Source: Leucoraja erinacea (Eukaryota). From it: a stretch of 64,000 nt of DNA. The notes under the pieces were generated by a model. It had not been told where the DNA came from, ran no database searches, and was given only the letters and a program-made list of their open reading frames with translations. A program made the position numbers and the translations under genes. Positions within the stretch are counted from its first letter, which is position 1, and each line of letters begins with the position of its first letter. Location: NCBI RefSeq assembly GCF_028641065.1, contig NW_026576777.1, forward strand, positions 1-64,000, in the 5' to 3' direction. Of this stretch, positions 26,701-40,700 are shown piece after piece.

Positions 26701-26868
26701 CAGTCTCCTAGCATCCTCCTCACAGCTAACACGGCCCCCCAGCTTAGTGTCATCCGCAAACTTGGAGATGTTGCCTTCAATTCCCTTATCCAGATCATTA
26801 ATATATATTGTAAATAGCTGGGGTCCCAGCACTGAGCCTTGCGGTACCCCACTAGTCATTGACTGCCA
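22072..26868. repeat. Inverted segmental duplication: arms ~22072-24203 and ~24664-26868, spacer 24204-24663
   Basis: Non-CR1 sequence 23330-24203 is the reverse complement of 24664-25610, including the GA/CT low-complexity tract and the same CR1 junction. Confidence 0.92.
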
Positions 26869-29460
26869 TTGTGAAAAGGACCCGTTTACTCCTACTCTTT
26901 GCTTCCTGTTTGCCAGCCAGTTCTCTATCCACATCAATACTGAACCCCCAATGCCTTGTGCTTTAAGTTTGTATACTAATCTCTTATGTGGGACCTTGTC
27001 GAAAGCCTTCTGGAAGTCCAGATACACCACATCCACTGGTTCTCCCCTATCCACGCTACTAGTTACATCCTCGAAAAATTCTATAAGATTCGTCAGACAT
27101 GATTTACCTTTCGTAAATCCATGCTGACTTTGTCCAATGATTTCACCACTTTCCAAATGTGCTGCTGTCCCATCTTTAATAACTGACTCTAGCAGTTTCC
27201 CCACTACCGATGTTAGACTAACTGGTCTGTAATTACCCATTTTCTCTCTCCCTCCCTTCTTAAAAAGTGGGGTTACGTTTGCTACCCGCCAATCTTCCGG
27301 AACTACTCCAGAATCTAAAGAGTTTTGAAAGATTATTACTAATGCATCCACTATTTCTGGAGCTACTTCCTTAAGTACTCTGGGATGCAGCCTATCTGGC
27401 CCTGGGGATTTATCGGCCTTTAATCCATTCAATTTACCCAACACCACTTCCCGGCTAACCTGGATTTCACTCAATTCCTCCAACTCCTTTGACCCGCGGG
27501 CCCCTGCTATTTCTGGGAGATTATTTATGTCTTCCTTTGTGAAGACGGAACCAAAGTAGTTATTCAATTGGTCCGCCATATCCTTGTTCCCCATGATCAA
27601 CTCACCTGTTTCTGACTGCAAGGGACCTACATTTGTTTTAACTAATCTCTTTCTTTTCACATATTTATAAAAACCTTTGCAGTCAGTTTTTATGTTCCCT
27701 GCCAGTTTTCTTTCATAATCTATTTTCCCTTTCCTAATTAAGCCCTTTGTCCTCCTCTGCTTGTCTTTGAATTTCTCCCAGTCCTCCTGTATGCTGCTTT
27801 TTTCTGGCTAATTTGAACGCATCATCCTTCGCTTTGATACTATCCCTGATTTCCCTTGTTATCCATGGATGTACTACCTTCCCTGATTTATTCTTTTGCC
27901 AAACTGGTATGAACAATTTTTGTAGTTCATCCAGGCAGCCTTTAAATGTCTTCCATTACATATCCACCGTCAACCCTTTTAGAATTAATTGCCAGTCAAT
28001 CTTGGCCAATTCACGTCTCATGCCCTCAAAGTTACCTTTCTTTAAGTTCAGAACCATTGTTTCTGAATTAACAATGTCACCTCCATCCTAATGAAGAACT
28101 CAACCATATTATGGTCACTCTTGCCCAAGGGGCCACTCACAACAAGACTACTAACTAACCCTTCCTCATTACTCAATACCCAGTCTAAAATAGCCTGCTC
28201 TCTCGTTGGTTCCTCTACATGTTGATTTAGATAACTATCCCGCATACATTCCAAGAAATCCTCTTCCTCAGCACCCCTGCCAATTTGATTCACCCAATCT
28301 ATATGTAGATTGAAGTCACCCATTATAACTGTTTTGCCTTTGTCGCACGCATTTCTAATTTCCTGTTTGATACCATCTCCAACTTCACTACTACTGTTAG
28401 GTGGCCTGTACACAACACCCACCAGCGTTTTCTGCCCCTTAGTGTTTCGCAGCTCTACCCATACCGATTCCACATCCTCCAAACTAATGTCTTTCCTTTC
28501 CATTGCATTAATCCCCTCTCTAATCAGTAACGCTACCCCACCTCCTTTTCCTTTCTGTCTATCCCTCCTGAATATTGAATATCCCTGGATGTTCAGCTCC
28601 CAGCCTTGGTCACCCTGGAGCCATGTCTCCGTGATCCCAACTATATCATAGTCATTAATAGCTATCTGCACATTCAACTCATCCACCTTATTACGAATGC
28701 TCCTTGCATTGAGACACAAAGCCTTCAGGCTTGTTTTTACAACACTCTTACCCCTTATACAATTATGTTGAAAAGTGGCCCTTTTTGATTTTTGCCCTGG
28801 TTTTGTCTGCCTGCCACTTTTACTTTTCACCTTGCTACCTATTTCTTCTACCCTTATTTTACACCCCTCGGTCTCTACGCTCACACATTTAAGAAACCCT
28901 TTCCCTTTAACTCCATCCTCCACTATCCCATTCAACACCCCACCCCCCTTATTCAGTTTAAAGCCACCCGTGTAGCAGTGGTAAACCTGCCTGCCAGAAT
29001 GCTGGTCCCACACCTGTTAAGATGCAATCCGTCCCTTTTGTACAGTTCCCCCTTACACCAAAACAGATCCCAGTGATCTGAGAATCTAAATCCCTGCCCC
29101 GTGCACCAGTTCCTCAGAAACACATTCAGGTCCCGTATCTCCCTGTTCCTGCTCTCGCTAGCACGGGGAACTGGAAGCAAACCGGAGATAACAACCCTGG
29201 AGGTCCTGCTTTTCAACATTTTCCCAAGCTCTCTAAAGTCGCGCTGCAGAATATTCATCCCCTTTTTTCCGACATCGTTTGTGCCGACATGCACTACCAC
29301 TTCCGGATATTCACCTTCACCCTTGAGGATTTTCTGCACTCTGTCCGTGACATCCTGGATCCTGGCACCGGGAAGGCAGCACACCATCCTCGCATCCCGT
29401 CTGTTGCCGCAGAAACCCCTGTCCGTACCTCTCACGATGGAGTCTCCCAATACAATGGCC
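25831..29460 (-). mobile_element. Near full-length CR1 family B (esterase ORF1 ~28953-29460; ORF2 frameshifted into 28048-29013, 27734-27916 and 25921-27660)
   Basis: GDSIVRG..GTND..DGLHL; endonuclease and RT motifs; 579-aa open RT segment. Confidence 0.95.
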
Positions 29461-30740
29461 ATTATACGGTTCACCATCCCTTCTCTGACACCTCGCCCCC
29501 GCTTCCTCCGAGAAATCACCTTCCATAATCTAAAATCCATTGATCCCCACCATCTCTCTGACCTGCTCTCCATCACTCTCCCCCTGGACTCAACCCCCAT
29601 CTCACCTGATGATCTCACAAACCATCTCAACTACACCTTGTCTACCTCCCTTAATACTATGGCCCCCCTCAAAACAAGAACCGTAACTAAAGAAGGCCCT
29701 CCTTTCAACATCTCCACTGACCTCCTTACCCCTCCTCCACACTGCTTCCTCTCCTAGTTTGACCTGGTCACCCCTATTGAAATCTCCAAACTCATCAGCT
29801 CTTCCAAACCCACTACCTGCTCCCTCGACCCTCTCCCCACTCCCCTGCTGAAGTCCTGCCTCCCCGTTCTCTGCCCCTACCTCACTAATCTCTGCAACTC
29901 CTCATTGTCCCAAAGAATTGTCCCCTCCGCTTTCAAAACTGCTGCTGTTACACCAATCTTAAAGAAACCTGGTCTTGATCCCTCCTCTCTCATTAACTAC
30001 TGCCCAATCTCAAACCTCCCCAAAAACCCTGGAGCGTATCATTGCATCGCAACTTCATTCCCACCTCCTTGCGTATAACCTACTTGAACCCCTCCAATCT
30101 GGCTTTCGCCCCCTCCATAGCACAGAAACTGCTCTCCTCAAAGTCTTCAACGACCTCCTCACCTCTGCTGACACTGGTTACCTCAACATCCTCATCCTCC
30201 TCGACCTGAGCGCAGCCTTCGATACAGTAAACCATAACATCCTGCTGACCAGACTCAAAGACCTCGGCATTCAAGGCTCTGCATTCAGCTGGCTCCGTTC
30301 CTACCTTTCCAACAGATCCCAATTCATCTCTCTCCATAACCACACCTCTGCTACAGCCACAGTCACTCAAGGCGTTCCCCAAGGCTCCGTACTCGGCCCC
30401 CTACTCTTCATCATCTACATCCTCCCCCTTGGTCAGATACTCCGGCACTTCAACCTGGACTTCCACTGTTACGCTGATGACACCCAGATCTACCTCGGCA
30501 CCAAATCCCCCCACAACCCCTCCCCTCTCCCATATCAACTCCTGTTTGTCAGCTATAAAAACCTGGATGCAACATAACTTCCTCACACTCAACAGCGATA
30601 AGACAGAATTCCTCCTCATAGGCTCCAAAGCCACACTCAGCAAAATCAATAACCCCACTCTCACCATCGATGGCACCACTGTCTCCCCATCTCCCCAGGC
30701 CTGCAACCTCGGCATGATCTTTGATTCCACCCTCTACCTT
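29461..30740 (+). mobile_element. L2-clade LINE RT fragment
   Basis: [56 protein letters not shown]. Confidence 0.88.
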
Positions 30741-30845
30741 TCGATGGGCCGAATTGCCTGTTTGCATGCTGTGTTTCTAAACTAAGCTCATGTTCTAAGT
30801 GAATTCCACGGGTTGCAGCCTGCAGGACCCGGTCGCAGTGTAGAT

Positions 30846-31590
30846 GGGCATGTCCCACTTGGCCGTCATTTGCGCCTCATTTACGCATCATATGTAAAAT
30901 AGGTTGACGCGTTGTGATGCACGGGTGGCGTGTGGGTAGCGCGGGACGGGCACATGGAGAGGCATGGAGGAGTGTGGAGTTGTGCGAGGTACCTCGCGTG
31001 CCACCTGCATGACGTATCGCGTACGCACGCTGCGTCCCGATGTCTCACGTGTATTGCGTGGTGACGCATGGTTACGTCAGTCGGCCACAATGAGAAAATA
31101 ATTGATAAACATCAATGTTTTCAGAGTAATACTTTCAGAGTAACACCTTAATAAGCATTTTTGAACCATCCTTAGTTGAGGATGTTTCAAAAGTTAACAT
31201 CAAGGTAAGGATTGCAGGTTTTATATCCTAAAAGAACACTAGTAACCAAATTCGTTTTTTAAATAACCACCAACAATTTTTCTAACACCATTAAAACAAA
31301 TTGCAAACTAATTCTGAAGCTGAGTTCAAACCCTCAAACTGCAATAATGGAAAACAAATAATGGTTTGTTGGGAGTATTTCACAAAGTTTAAAAGTAAAT
31401 GAATTTTTCCAGCAAATAATAATTTTATCAATGTTTCACTTAACAAATGATGTCAATACGCTGACTAATTCTACTTGCAGAGCAGATAAAATATTTGAAG
31501 ATGCATAATGACGGGTGATGACGCGCGCGACCGTCACGCGTCAGTCACTACCGGTCTGTCGCATAAATGACGGCCAAGTGGGACAGGCCC
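30846..31590. mobile_element. MITE, PIF/Harbinger-like, ~400 bp upstream of the receptor ATG
   Basis: 26-bp TIRs with one mismatch: gggcatgtcccacttggccgtcattt (30846-30871) and aaatgacggccaagtgggacaggccc (31565-31590); TTA on the right flank. Confidence 0.8.
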
Positions 31591-31879
31591 TTAAAGAAAC
31601 GAGACTTACTGCATGTCCGTGTAAGTGCCGTAGAAGAGATGCGTGTCGGGCCGAATGAATGAAGGCACAAAGCGCTGGAGTAACTCAGCGCTCGGGCAGC
31701 AACTCTGGAGAATGTGGAGAGGTGATGTTTTGGGTTGGGTCCTATATTCATGTTCTCTGCAGATGCTGCCTGATCCGCTGAGTTACTCCAGCACTCTGTG
31801 CCTCTTTTCTTGTAAACCAGCATCTTCAGTTCCTCGTTTCCACAAATGTACGAAGAGTTGTTTCACTGAACTACCGTCC

Positions 31880-31990
31880 AATCTGCGGTCGATCTGACGC
31901 ACAGCAGCGCAGAAAAACTCGCAGCGGTTGTGAATTCTGCAGAATGACCAGCGGCTCCGTGTAATCCGTGTCTCGGCACTTCCTTCACCA
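31880..31990 (+). promoter_or_regulatory. Possible proximal promoter of the VJ-C1 gene (RUNX-like TGCGGT 31884-31889, ETS-like CACTTCCT 31977-31984)
   Basis: Short motifs typical of leukocyte promoters in unique sequence just upstream of the leader ATG; motifs this short occur by chance. Confidence 0.3.
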
Positions 31991-31992
31991 AA

Positions 31993-32041
31993 ATGTCATC
32001 GTTTACACAATTCATCTCCACACTCTGCCTCTTTCTCCCAG
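31993..32041 (+). CDS. Exon 1: leader/signal peptide MSSFTQFISTLCLFLP(G)
   Basis: ATG at 31993, hydrophobic stretch, strong donor CAG|GTAAGT at 32041/32042, 49 nt, phase 1, like Ig/TCR leader exons. Confidence 0.8.
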
Positions 32042-35000
32042 GTAAGTCATTCATGTTCACCCTTGCCAACCTGCTCACGTTGTCTTCCTATAACTTGTTT
32101 CTTTCTATGCCTTTTGCACTAAAGGTTGTTTTTTTGCCGTATTTTAGAAACTTCTTGTGTAATTTATGTTCAATTTGTTTTTTGAATATGTGTTTGTTTC
32201 AGTGTAAGTGCATGTGATGCTGTTGCAAGCAAGATTTTAATTTAGACACAAAAGCAGAAATTGGACATTTAGTTAAAATAAGAATAAAGGGGAGACCATT
32301 ACAGACTAAGGTGAGAAACAGCTTTTTCACCCAGAGAGTTGTGAATTTGTGGAATGGTTCCGAACCGAAACGTCACCCGTCATTTTTCACCAGAAATGCT
32401 GCCTGACCCGCTGAGTTACTCCTGTACCTTGTGCCTATCTTAAATATAAGCGACACAAGGAACTAACTGTAGATGCTGGAAATGCAGTTCTTGTAAGTTT
32501 ACATGAGGACATTAACGCAAATAAATGTAAGCGACACAAGGAAGTGCAGATGCTGGAATCTTGAACAAAACACAGTACTGGAGTAATTCAGCGGTTCAGG
32601 CAGCATCTCTGGAGAACATGGACAGATGATGTTTCGCGTCGCGACCTTTCTTCAGACATGTTCTCCAAAGATTCTGCCAGCGCCGCTGAGTTTCTCCAGC
32701 ACTTTGTGTCTGTCTTCGATATAGATCAACATCTGCAGTTCCTTCCTACACAAGTGGTTACAGGTGAGAGAGGGGGGGGGGGGGGGGGGTTAATTGGGCC
32801 TGGACCTCACTGTCCTTGTGCCCATGATAGTAAACTCGAGTTACTCGGAAGGCGTCGTTAACTATGTTCACTTTCCGTGCCAGGGTCCGCTGTCGGTGTG
32901 AGGGTGAACCAGTCTCCTGCTGCTCTGACACGTCTCCGAGGACAGACAGCTAAGTTCACCTGCTCCCTGCTACCTGGAGAGGGGGAGGTAGTTTCAATGA
33001 GGCAATACTGGTTTCGGACGAAAGACAACCCGGAGCTCTGGGACAACAAGACCGAGAGTTTTCTGAAGACAGGCGACCGACTGTTCGTGTCCGTGGGCTC
33101 GCTGGTCATTCGGGAGGTGACTGTGCACGATGCAGACACTTACCATTGTGTGGTACTGAATGAAGATATCTGGAAAAAGTTTACAGGAAACGGAACCACA
33201 TTACACATCCAAGGTAATTAATATAATAATAAACAGGAACAGGCCCTTCAGCCCACTATGTTCGTGCGGACCATGAGGCCAAGTTAAACAAATATGTGTC
33301 TATCCAAATGTCTCTTAAACTCTACGATCGTATCTGCCTCCACAGCCACCCCGACATCTGATGCGATGGAGTTGGTGAATCACACGAACCCCAAGTTCCC
33401 CACCCCGAAACGCCGCCTGTCCATTCTCTCCGCAGATGCGGCCTTAACCGCTGAGTTCCTCCAGCATTTTGTGTTTTGCTTAAGACTGCAGCGCCTGCAG
33501 TTCCATGTCTCTACTTCCATTTCATTCCTGCATTTCATCTCTCTCTATTAATGCTCATTTTCCGGCACAAACCATCCCAGTCTGACAAAAGGTCCCGAAC
33601 TTAAACGTCATATATCCATGATTTCCAGAGATGCTGCCTGACCCGCTGAGTTACTCCAGCGCTTTGAGTCTTTCTTTGGTAAAAATAAACCTCGCATCTA
33701 CAGTTCCTCCTGTCTCCCTAATGATACAAAATAGATAATGAAAACAACATCAACCTCGGTCGCAGTGTTTATATCCCCCAACAGTTCTAGTGTTGGCATT
33801 TAATTCTCCTGATTTCCTTACAAGGAGGGAGTGTGGAAACAAAAGCATCTTTGTTTCTCTCAGTTTTCTCTAGATTCCCTCTTGACCTGAATTCGTCAAG
33901 TTGGGAAAAGGGGAAGTACAACGTGATCTGGGGGGTCCTTGTACATCAGTCTATGAAAGTAAGCATGCGGGTACAGCAGGCAGTGAAGAAAGCGAATGGC
34001 ATGTTGGCCTTTATAACAAGAGGAATCGAATATAGGAGCAAAAGGGTATTTCTGCAGTTGTACAGAGCCCTACTGAGACCACATCTGGAGTATTGTATGC
34101 AGTTTTGGTCACCTAATTTGAGGAAGGATTGCTATTGAGGGAATGCAGCGTAGGTTTACAAGGTTAATTCCCGGGATGGCGGGACTGTCATATGCTGAGA
34201 GAATGGAGCAGCTGGGCTTGTACACTCTGGAATTTAGAAGAATGAGAGGGTATCTTATTGAAACATATAAGATTGTTAAGGGCTTGGACACGCTAAAGGC
34301 AGGAAACATGTTCCCGATGTTGGGGAGTCCAGAACCAGGGGCCACAGTGTAAGAATAAGGAGTAAGCCATTTAGAACGGAGACGCGGAAACACTTTTTTC
34401 TCACAGAGTGTGGTGAGTCTGTGGAATTCTCTGCCTCAGAGGGCTGTGGAGGCAGGTTCTCTGGAAGCTTTCAAGAGAGAGGTATGTAAAGCTCTTAAAA
34501 TTAACAGAGTCATGGGATATGGGGAGAAGGCAGGAACGGGGTACTGATTGGGGATGATCAGCCATGATCACATTGAATGGCAGTGCTGGCTCGAAGGGCC
34601 AAATGGCCTACTCCTGCACCTATTGTCTATTGTCTATTGATTCTTGTCTTTGTCAAGTTCGGTTTAATATTTGCTTCCGGGCTCCAGGGAAGTATAATAA
34701 TGCCCCTGAAATAATTCCCGGCTGCGATAACCAAATGTGCGGCAGATGCATCATGTATATGTGTGAAAATGAACACAACTAAATATAAGCGATAGAATCA
34801 AGGAGGGCAGCAGTGAGAGAGGGCAGACTCCAAGTGATGGAGTAACAGCGGGCCAGGCATCATCTCTGTATATCATGGATAGGTGACGTCTCAGTACGGG
34901 GCCCTACTACAAACTCCGAGAGAGGTTATTACAGAACTGCTGTCGGAGAGAAGAGGATAACTTCTTCAATGAACGCACACCTTGAGGAATTTCACAGTGG

Positions 35001-37740
35001 AGCAGTCAAATGTAGACACTGGTTTATACCACTCAACGGGTCAGGCAGCACCTCTGGAGATCACGGATAGGTGACGTTTAGGGTCAGGGCTCTTCGTCAG
35101 CCTGTGTTGGTTTGTGCCTCAACGTGCACATTAATAGAGAGAAATAAAATGCAGGAAGGGAAATAAATAGAAGTGGAGACGGGGAACTGCAGGCGCTGGA
35201 GTCTGAAGCAAAATACAAAGCAACGGGGAACTCGGCGGTTAAGGCAGCATTCGTGGAGGTTTGGTGTTGGGGAACTTGGGACGTGTGTGAGGTCCCCACC
35301 CCACCGTCTCAGCGGACAGTGGGGGTGTTCGCACACATCCCTAACGCTTCATTGAAGGGAGGCAGCTACAATGCAAACGTGCGGCCGCTCTCCCATCGCT
35401 CACGGGCTGGCGAGAGGGAGCCCGACCCGCTCAGACTCTGTTAAATAATTCTGGCAACGTGAATCCATCTTCTGACCAATCTGGGCCGGACAGTGCCAGA
35501 TGTAACACAAAATGCTGGAGCTACTCATCGGGTCGGTCCGTATCTGTGTGCGTGTGTGGGAGGAGGGGGGGGGGGGATAATTTACCGATTCACATTGAAG
35601 GCTTCCAGTCGAAACCCTGACCCTGAGACACAAGGAACTGGAGGGGTTGGTTAAAACAAAGACGCAAAGTGCTGGAGTAACTCATCGAGTCAGGCAGCAT
35701 CTCTGGAGAACATGGACCGTCATTCTCTTCCCACGAATCAGGCCTGTCCGGCTGAATATTTATATGTTCTGTTTTAGATGTCCATCATCGGCTTGGATTT
35801 AGTTTACCGTCTACATATTCAGTTCCATTTCATGCATTAAAACACACAAAGTGTTGGAGGAACTCGGCGGGTCCGGCAGCATCTGTGGAGGGAATGACAG
35901 GCGGCGATTCAGACCGAAGAATGGTCCCGACCCGAAACACCGCCTGTCCATTCCCCCCGCAGATTCACTGTGATCATGGCTGAGCATCCACAGTCAGTAT
36001 CCCGTTCCTACCTTCTCCCCATATCCATGGACTCCGCTATCTTTAAGAGCTCTATAACTCTCTCTTAAAAGCATCCAGATAATTGGCCTCCACCGCCTTC
36101 TGAGGCAGAGAATTCCACAGATTCACAACTCTCCGGATGAAAAGTTTTTCCTCATCTCCATTCTAAATGACCTACCTTAAAAATTCCAGCATCTCCAATT
36201 CCTTGTGTCTCCAATTGCATTTCATTCGCTTCCTGTATTTTTCTCTCTTATTGTGCATTTTGAGACACAGACTGAAGAGATGTAGTCTGTAGATGTAACC
36301 CGACCCGAAACATCACATATCATCCATGAAGAGTTACTCCAGCACTTTGTGTCTCGTCAGCTATCCATGTTCTCCACAGATGCCGCCTGACCCTCTGAGT
36401 TACTCCAGTACTTGTGCCTTTCTTTGGTATAAACCAGCGTTTGCAGCTCCTCTTATTCCGCTAATAATCCATTGAATAACTTGGTTGCTCCTTAAGCAGG
36501 TGCACGGCGTGCCGTGTCATCATAGTTGTTCCATGCATGACTGAGAGCGACAGGAAGATTCACAGCGTGTTATTTTCCTACTTTACGCAGCGAAGCCTGA
36601 CATCTCCCTGACCCTGGATCCCGGGGTAAAAGGCGCAAAGACGCGGAGCCTGACTTGTGTGGCCGCCGGATTCTTCCCGAGGGAGCTGAACATGTCCTGG
36701 GCTGTCGTGGGCCAGTTGTCCTATGAAACAGAAGCGGGGCCGCTGAGGGAGAATGAGGATGGAAGCTTCAACGTGAGCTCCCGGCTGCGGCTCACCTGCC
36801 CTCGGCTAGAGGCGGGCATGGTCGTCACCTGCCTGGTTCAGCACCTCACGGGGACGGGCTCGGTGAGCGAACATTTCCCTCCCATCCCAAGTAAGTGGCT
36901 TGAATGAACGTGGCAGCCAGCGTCCTCCAATTACTGAAGATACACAGAGTGCTGGAGTAACTCAGCGGCTCAGTTACTGCCGAGTTACTCCAACATGTTG
37001 TGTCTATCTGCGCTGTAAACTAGCATCTGCAGGTCCTTCCTACACATGTCCAAGGTTGCAAGGTTTAATAGTACATGTGTACACATTTGTTAAACGTAGC
37101 CACAATGAACTGCAGATTCTAGATTACAAAAAAGACACAAAGTGTTGAAGTAACTCAGTAGCGTCTAGTAGCATCTCTGGAGAACGTTGAACGCAATTCA
37201 TAAACCTGATCAAAAGTGTATAAGATCACTCAATGTGTACAATATCTATTGCAAATATGTATTTAGACTTTCAGACTTTAGAGATACGCGGAAAAAGGCA
37301 TTTCGGCCGATCAGCGATCACCTCATACCGCTAGACAAACACACGCTGGAGGAACTCAGCGGGTGAGGCAGCATCTATGTAGAGAAGGATATGCGACGTT
37401 TCGGGTCGAGACCTTTCTTCTTAAACACATCATACACTAACACTATCCTGCACATTGGGGACAATTTACAATTTTACCGAAGCCAATTAACCTACAAACT
37501 CGTACGTCTTTGGAGTGTGGGAGGAAACCGGAGCACCCGGAAAAAAACCCACGCACGTCACGGGAAGAACGTACAGACTCCGCACATCCAACACCCGGAG
37601 TCAGGATTGAACCCGCGTCTACTGCGCTGTAACAGCAACTCAAGTACAGTTCATCCGTGCATCGATATATATATATACATATTTGAGTTCCTGCCATATA
37701 TATTATATATATGTATGTTTATGCATCGATGATATCAGCT

Positions 37741-37798
<58 letters not shown>

Positions 37799-40700
37799 TC
37801 ATTATTATTTGAAACATTTACCATTACAATATGGCGTAAGTGCTTTATCATATCAATATATTAACCATATAACCATATAACAATTACAGCACGGAAACAG
37901 GCCATCTCGGCCCTACAAGTCCGTGCCGAAAAACTTTTAATCCTTAGTCCCACCTGCCTGCACTCATACCATAACCCTCCATTCCCTTCTCATCCATATG
38001 CCTATCCAATTTATTTTTAAATGATACCAACGAACCTGCCTCCACCACTTCCACTGGAGGCTCATTCCACACCGCTACCACTCTCTGAGTAAAGAAGTTC
38101 CCCCTCATGTTACCCCTAAACTTCTGTCCCTTAATTCTGAAGTCATGTCCGTTTGAATCTTCCCTATTCTCAAAGGGAAAAGCTGGTCCACATCAACTCT
38201 GTCTATCCCTCTCATCATTTTAAAATGATGACATTATTATATACATCTTGTACCCTGTATTTTAACGGTAAATGTCTCAAATAATAATGGAAGTTGAAGA
38301 AAGATGTATAAAATTGATACTCGAGAAACTGCAGATGCTGGAATCTTGAGCAACATACAAAGTGCTGGAGGAACTCAGCATCTGTGGAGGGAATGGACAT
38401 GCGTCATTTCGGGTCAGGACCCTTCAGCTCACAGATGCCGCCTGACCCACTGAGTTCCCCCAGCACTTTGTGTTTTGTTCAAGATTGCAGCGTCTGCGGT
38501 TCCTTGTGTCTGCAAATTTCATATTGTTTAATTAATTAAATTTATTCTGCGTTCATCGACACACAGATGGAATCTCGACAAAAAGGGTTTAAGTAAATAT
38601 ATAAACTATAAACATGCGCAGCGGGTCAAGCAGCATCTGTGGAGGGAATGAACAGACGACGTTTCAGACTGAACAAGGTTCCCGATCCAAACATCGTCTG
38701 TCCATTCCCTCCACAGATGCTGCCTGACCCGCTGAGTACCTCCAACACGTTGTGTTTTGCTCACGATTCCAGCATCTGCAGTTCCTTGTATCTCCATAAA
38801 CTATACACAATACTTAATTATTTCCACTGCAATTTCGCTCCTGGTGCCCCACCGGTTATAGTGTTGCTGTTAAATCAACTTGGTTTCCTTACAAGGACAG
38901 TGGAATATGGTGGAACGGTGGGAAAAGGGCACAAATTGCTGGAGTAACTCAGCGGGTCAGGCAGTATCTCTAGAGAACACGGATAGGTGATGTTTCGGGT
39001 CAGGACCCTTCTTCAGACTGAATATTATATTATGAAATATTGTAATGTATACGACTCCTATGAAGGCAGCGTTGTGATGTTGCTGAATTTTCTAATGATA
39101 CAAAGACAGATAGGAACGTTGATTGTGGATAGAATATATGAACAAGAAAATAGATGTGAAGTCTAGCATAATGTGGGGGGGGGGAAAGCAACATTGTATA
39201 TTTTGATGAGAAAACAAAAGCTTTTTGCTGTATCTTAGTCTACGTAACAATAAACTAAACTAAATCTTGTTCTTCATGGACTTGTGGGCTGAAGGACCTG
39301 TTCCTGTATTGTTATATGTTCTTCTTTAGAGTAGTTTTCTTGTTTTCATTGGTCTATATTTGGTATAAACCAGCATTTCTTTCCTACATTCTCTATCTAT
39401 CTATCTGTCTGAAAAAGGGATGCGACCCTTTAAACATTGGATAGGCATATGGATGAGAAGGGAATGGAGGGTAATGGTATGAGTGCAGGCAGGTGGGACT
39501 AAGGGGAAAAAAAGTTGTTCGGCACGGACTTGTAGGGCCGAGATGGCCTGTTTCCGTGCTGTAATTGTTATATGGTTATATGGTTATATGGACCCGAAAG
39601 TCACCTACAGTATTTCTTTTCTTTAGAGATGCTGACTGAACAGCTGAGTTACTACAGCACTTTGTGTCTATCATCTGATTTTTATTTACTTTTGAAATTA
39701 TTACCACTTTTCCCCCAGGAATATCACCCTGGAAAACATTCCCCTGCAACCACAAGAGATGCAACACCTGTCCCAACTCCCTCGACTCCGTCCCGGGATC
39801 CCCGTAGTCCTTTCAGGTTAGGCAGAGGTTCACTTGCATCTCCTCCAACCTCACCTACTGTATCCGTTGTTCAATATGTGGACTCTTATATATCGGCAAG
39901 ACCAAATGTAGACTGGGCAACCATTTCGCTGAACACCTTCTCTCAGTCCGCCTGGCCCTACCTGATCTCCCAGTTGCTAAACACATTTAATTCTCCTTCT
40001 CATTCCCGCTCTAACCTTTCTGTTCTAGGCCTCCTCCATTGTCAAAGTGAGGTTAAATGGAAATTGGAGGAATGGCCCTATTTATTCTCAGCGATGGAAA
40101 CATTTCAACTGGGTGAGATGTTTTGCACATGGGTTAAGCTTTTATACACTAACCCAACAGCTAGCATGATGACAAATCAAATGTTATCAACAAAATTATA
40201 TTTATCTAAAGGTTTCAGACAAGGATGCCCGTTATCTCCATTATTATTCACCCTTGCTATTGAACCACTAGCAGAAAGTGTTCGAGTACATCCAGTAATA
40301 TATGGGTATAATACTAAAAACACAGTTAATAAAATCTCTCTATATGCAGACGATGTATTACTATATATTACAAACCCAGAAATCAGCATTCCAAACTTGT
40401 TAAATCTTGTAACTAAATTTGGTTTATTTTCGGGATATAGAATTAATTGGAATAAAAGTGAGATTATGCCAAGTTATACATATTGCAACAATCACCTTTC
40501 AGAATAGTCAGGGAAAAATGTAAATACCTAGGAATTTATGTAACCATGAAATATACTTCTTTATTTAAATCAAATTTCATGCCTTTACTTAATAAATTGC
40601 ATAAGAATATTCAATATTGGAAAACACTTCTCATTTCAATGCTCGGTAGATATAAAATGATTTTCTTCTACAATTGCTATAACCTTTTACAATCAATTCC

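Noticed and set aside
33214-36590. RSS-mediated V(D)J locus (CACAGTG at ~34343 and ~34993)
   Set aside because: No nonamer at 12 or 23 nt spacing, one heptamer lies in CR1, and the J-like strand is already inside the V exon
32884-36890. Germline-joined Ig light chain or TCR chain
   Set aside because: No FGxG or WYxQ, no C-terminal or stalk interchain Cys, the C1 exon splices onward to a TM lacking the TCR conserved motif, and there are separate cytoplasmic exons; a tree is still needed
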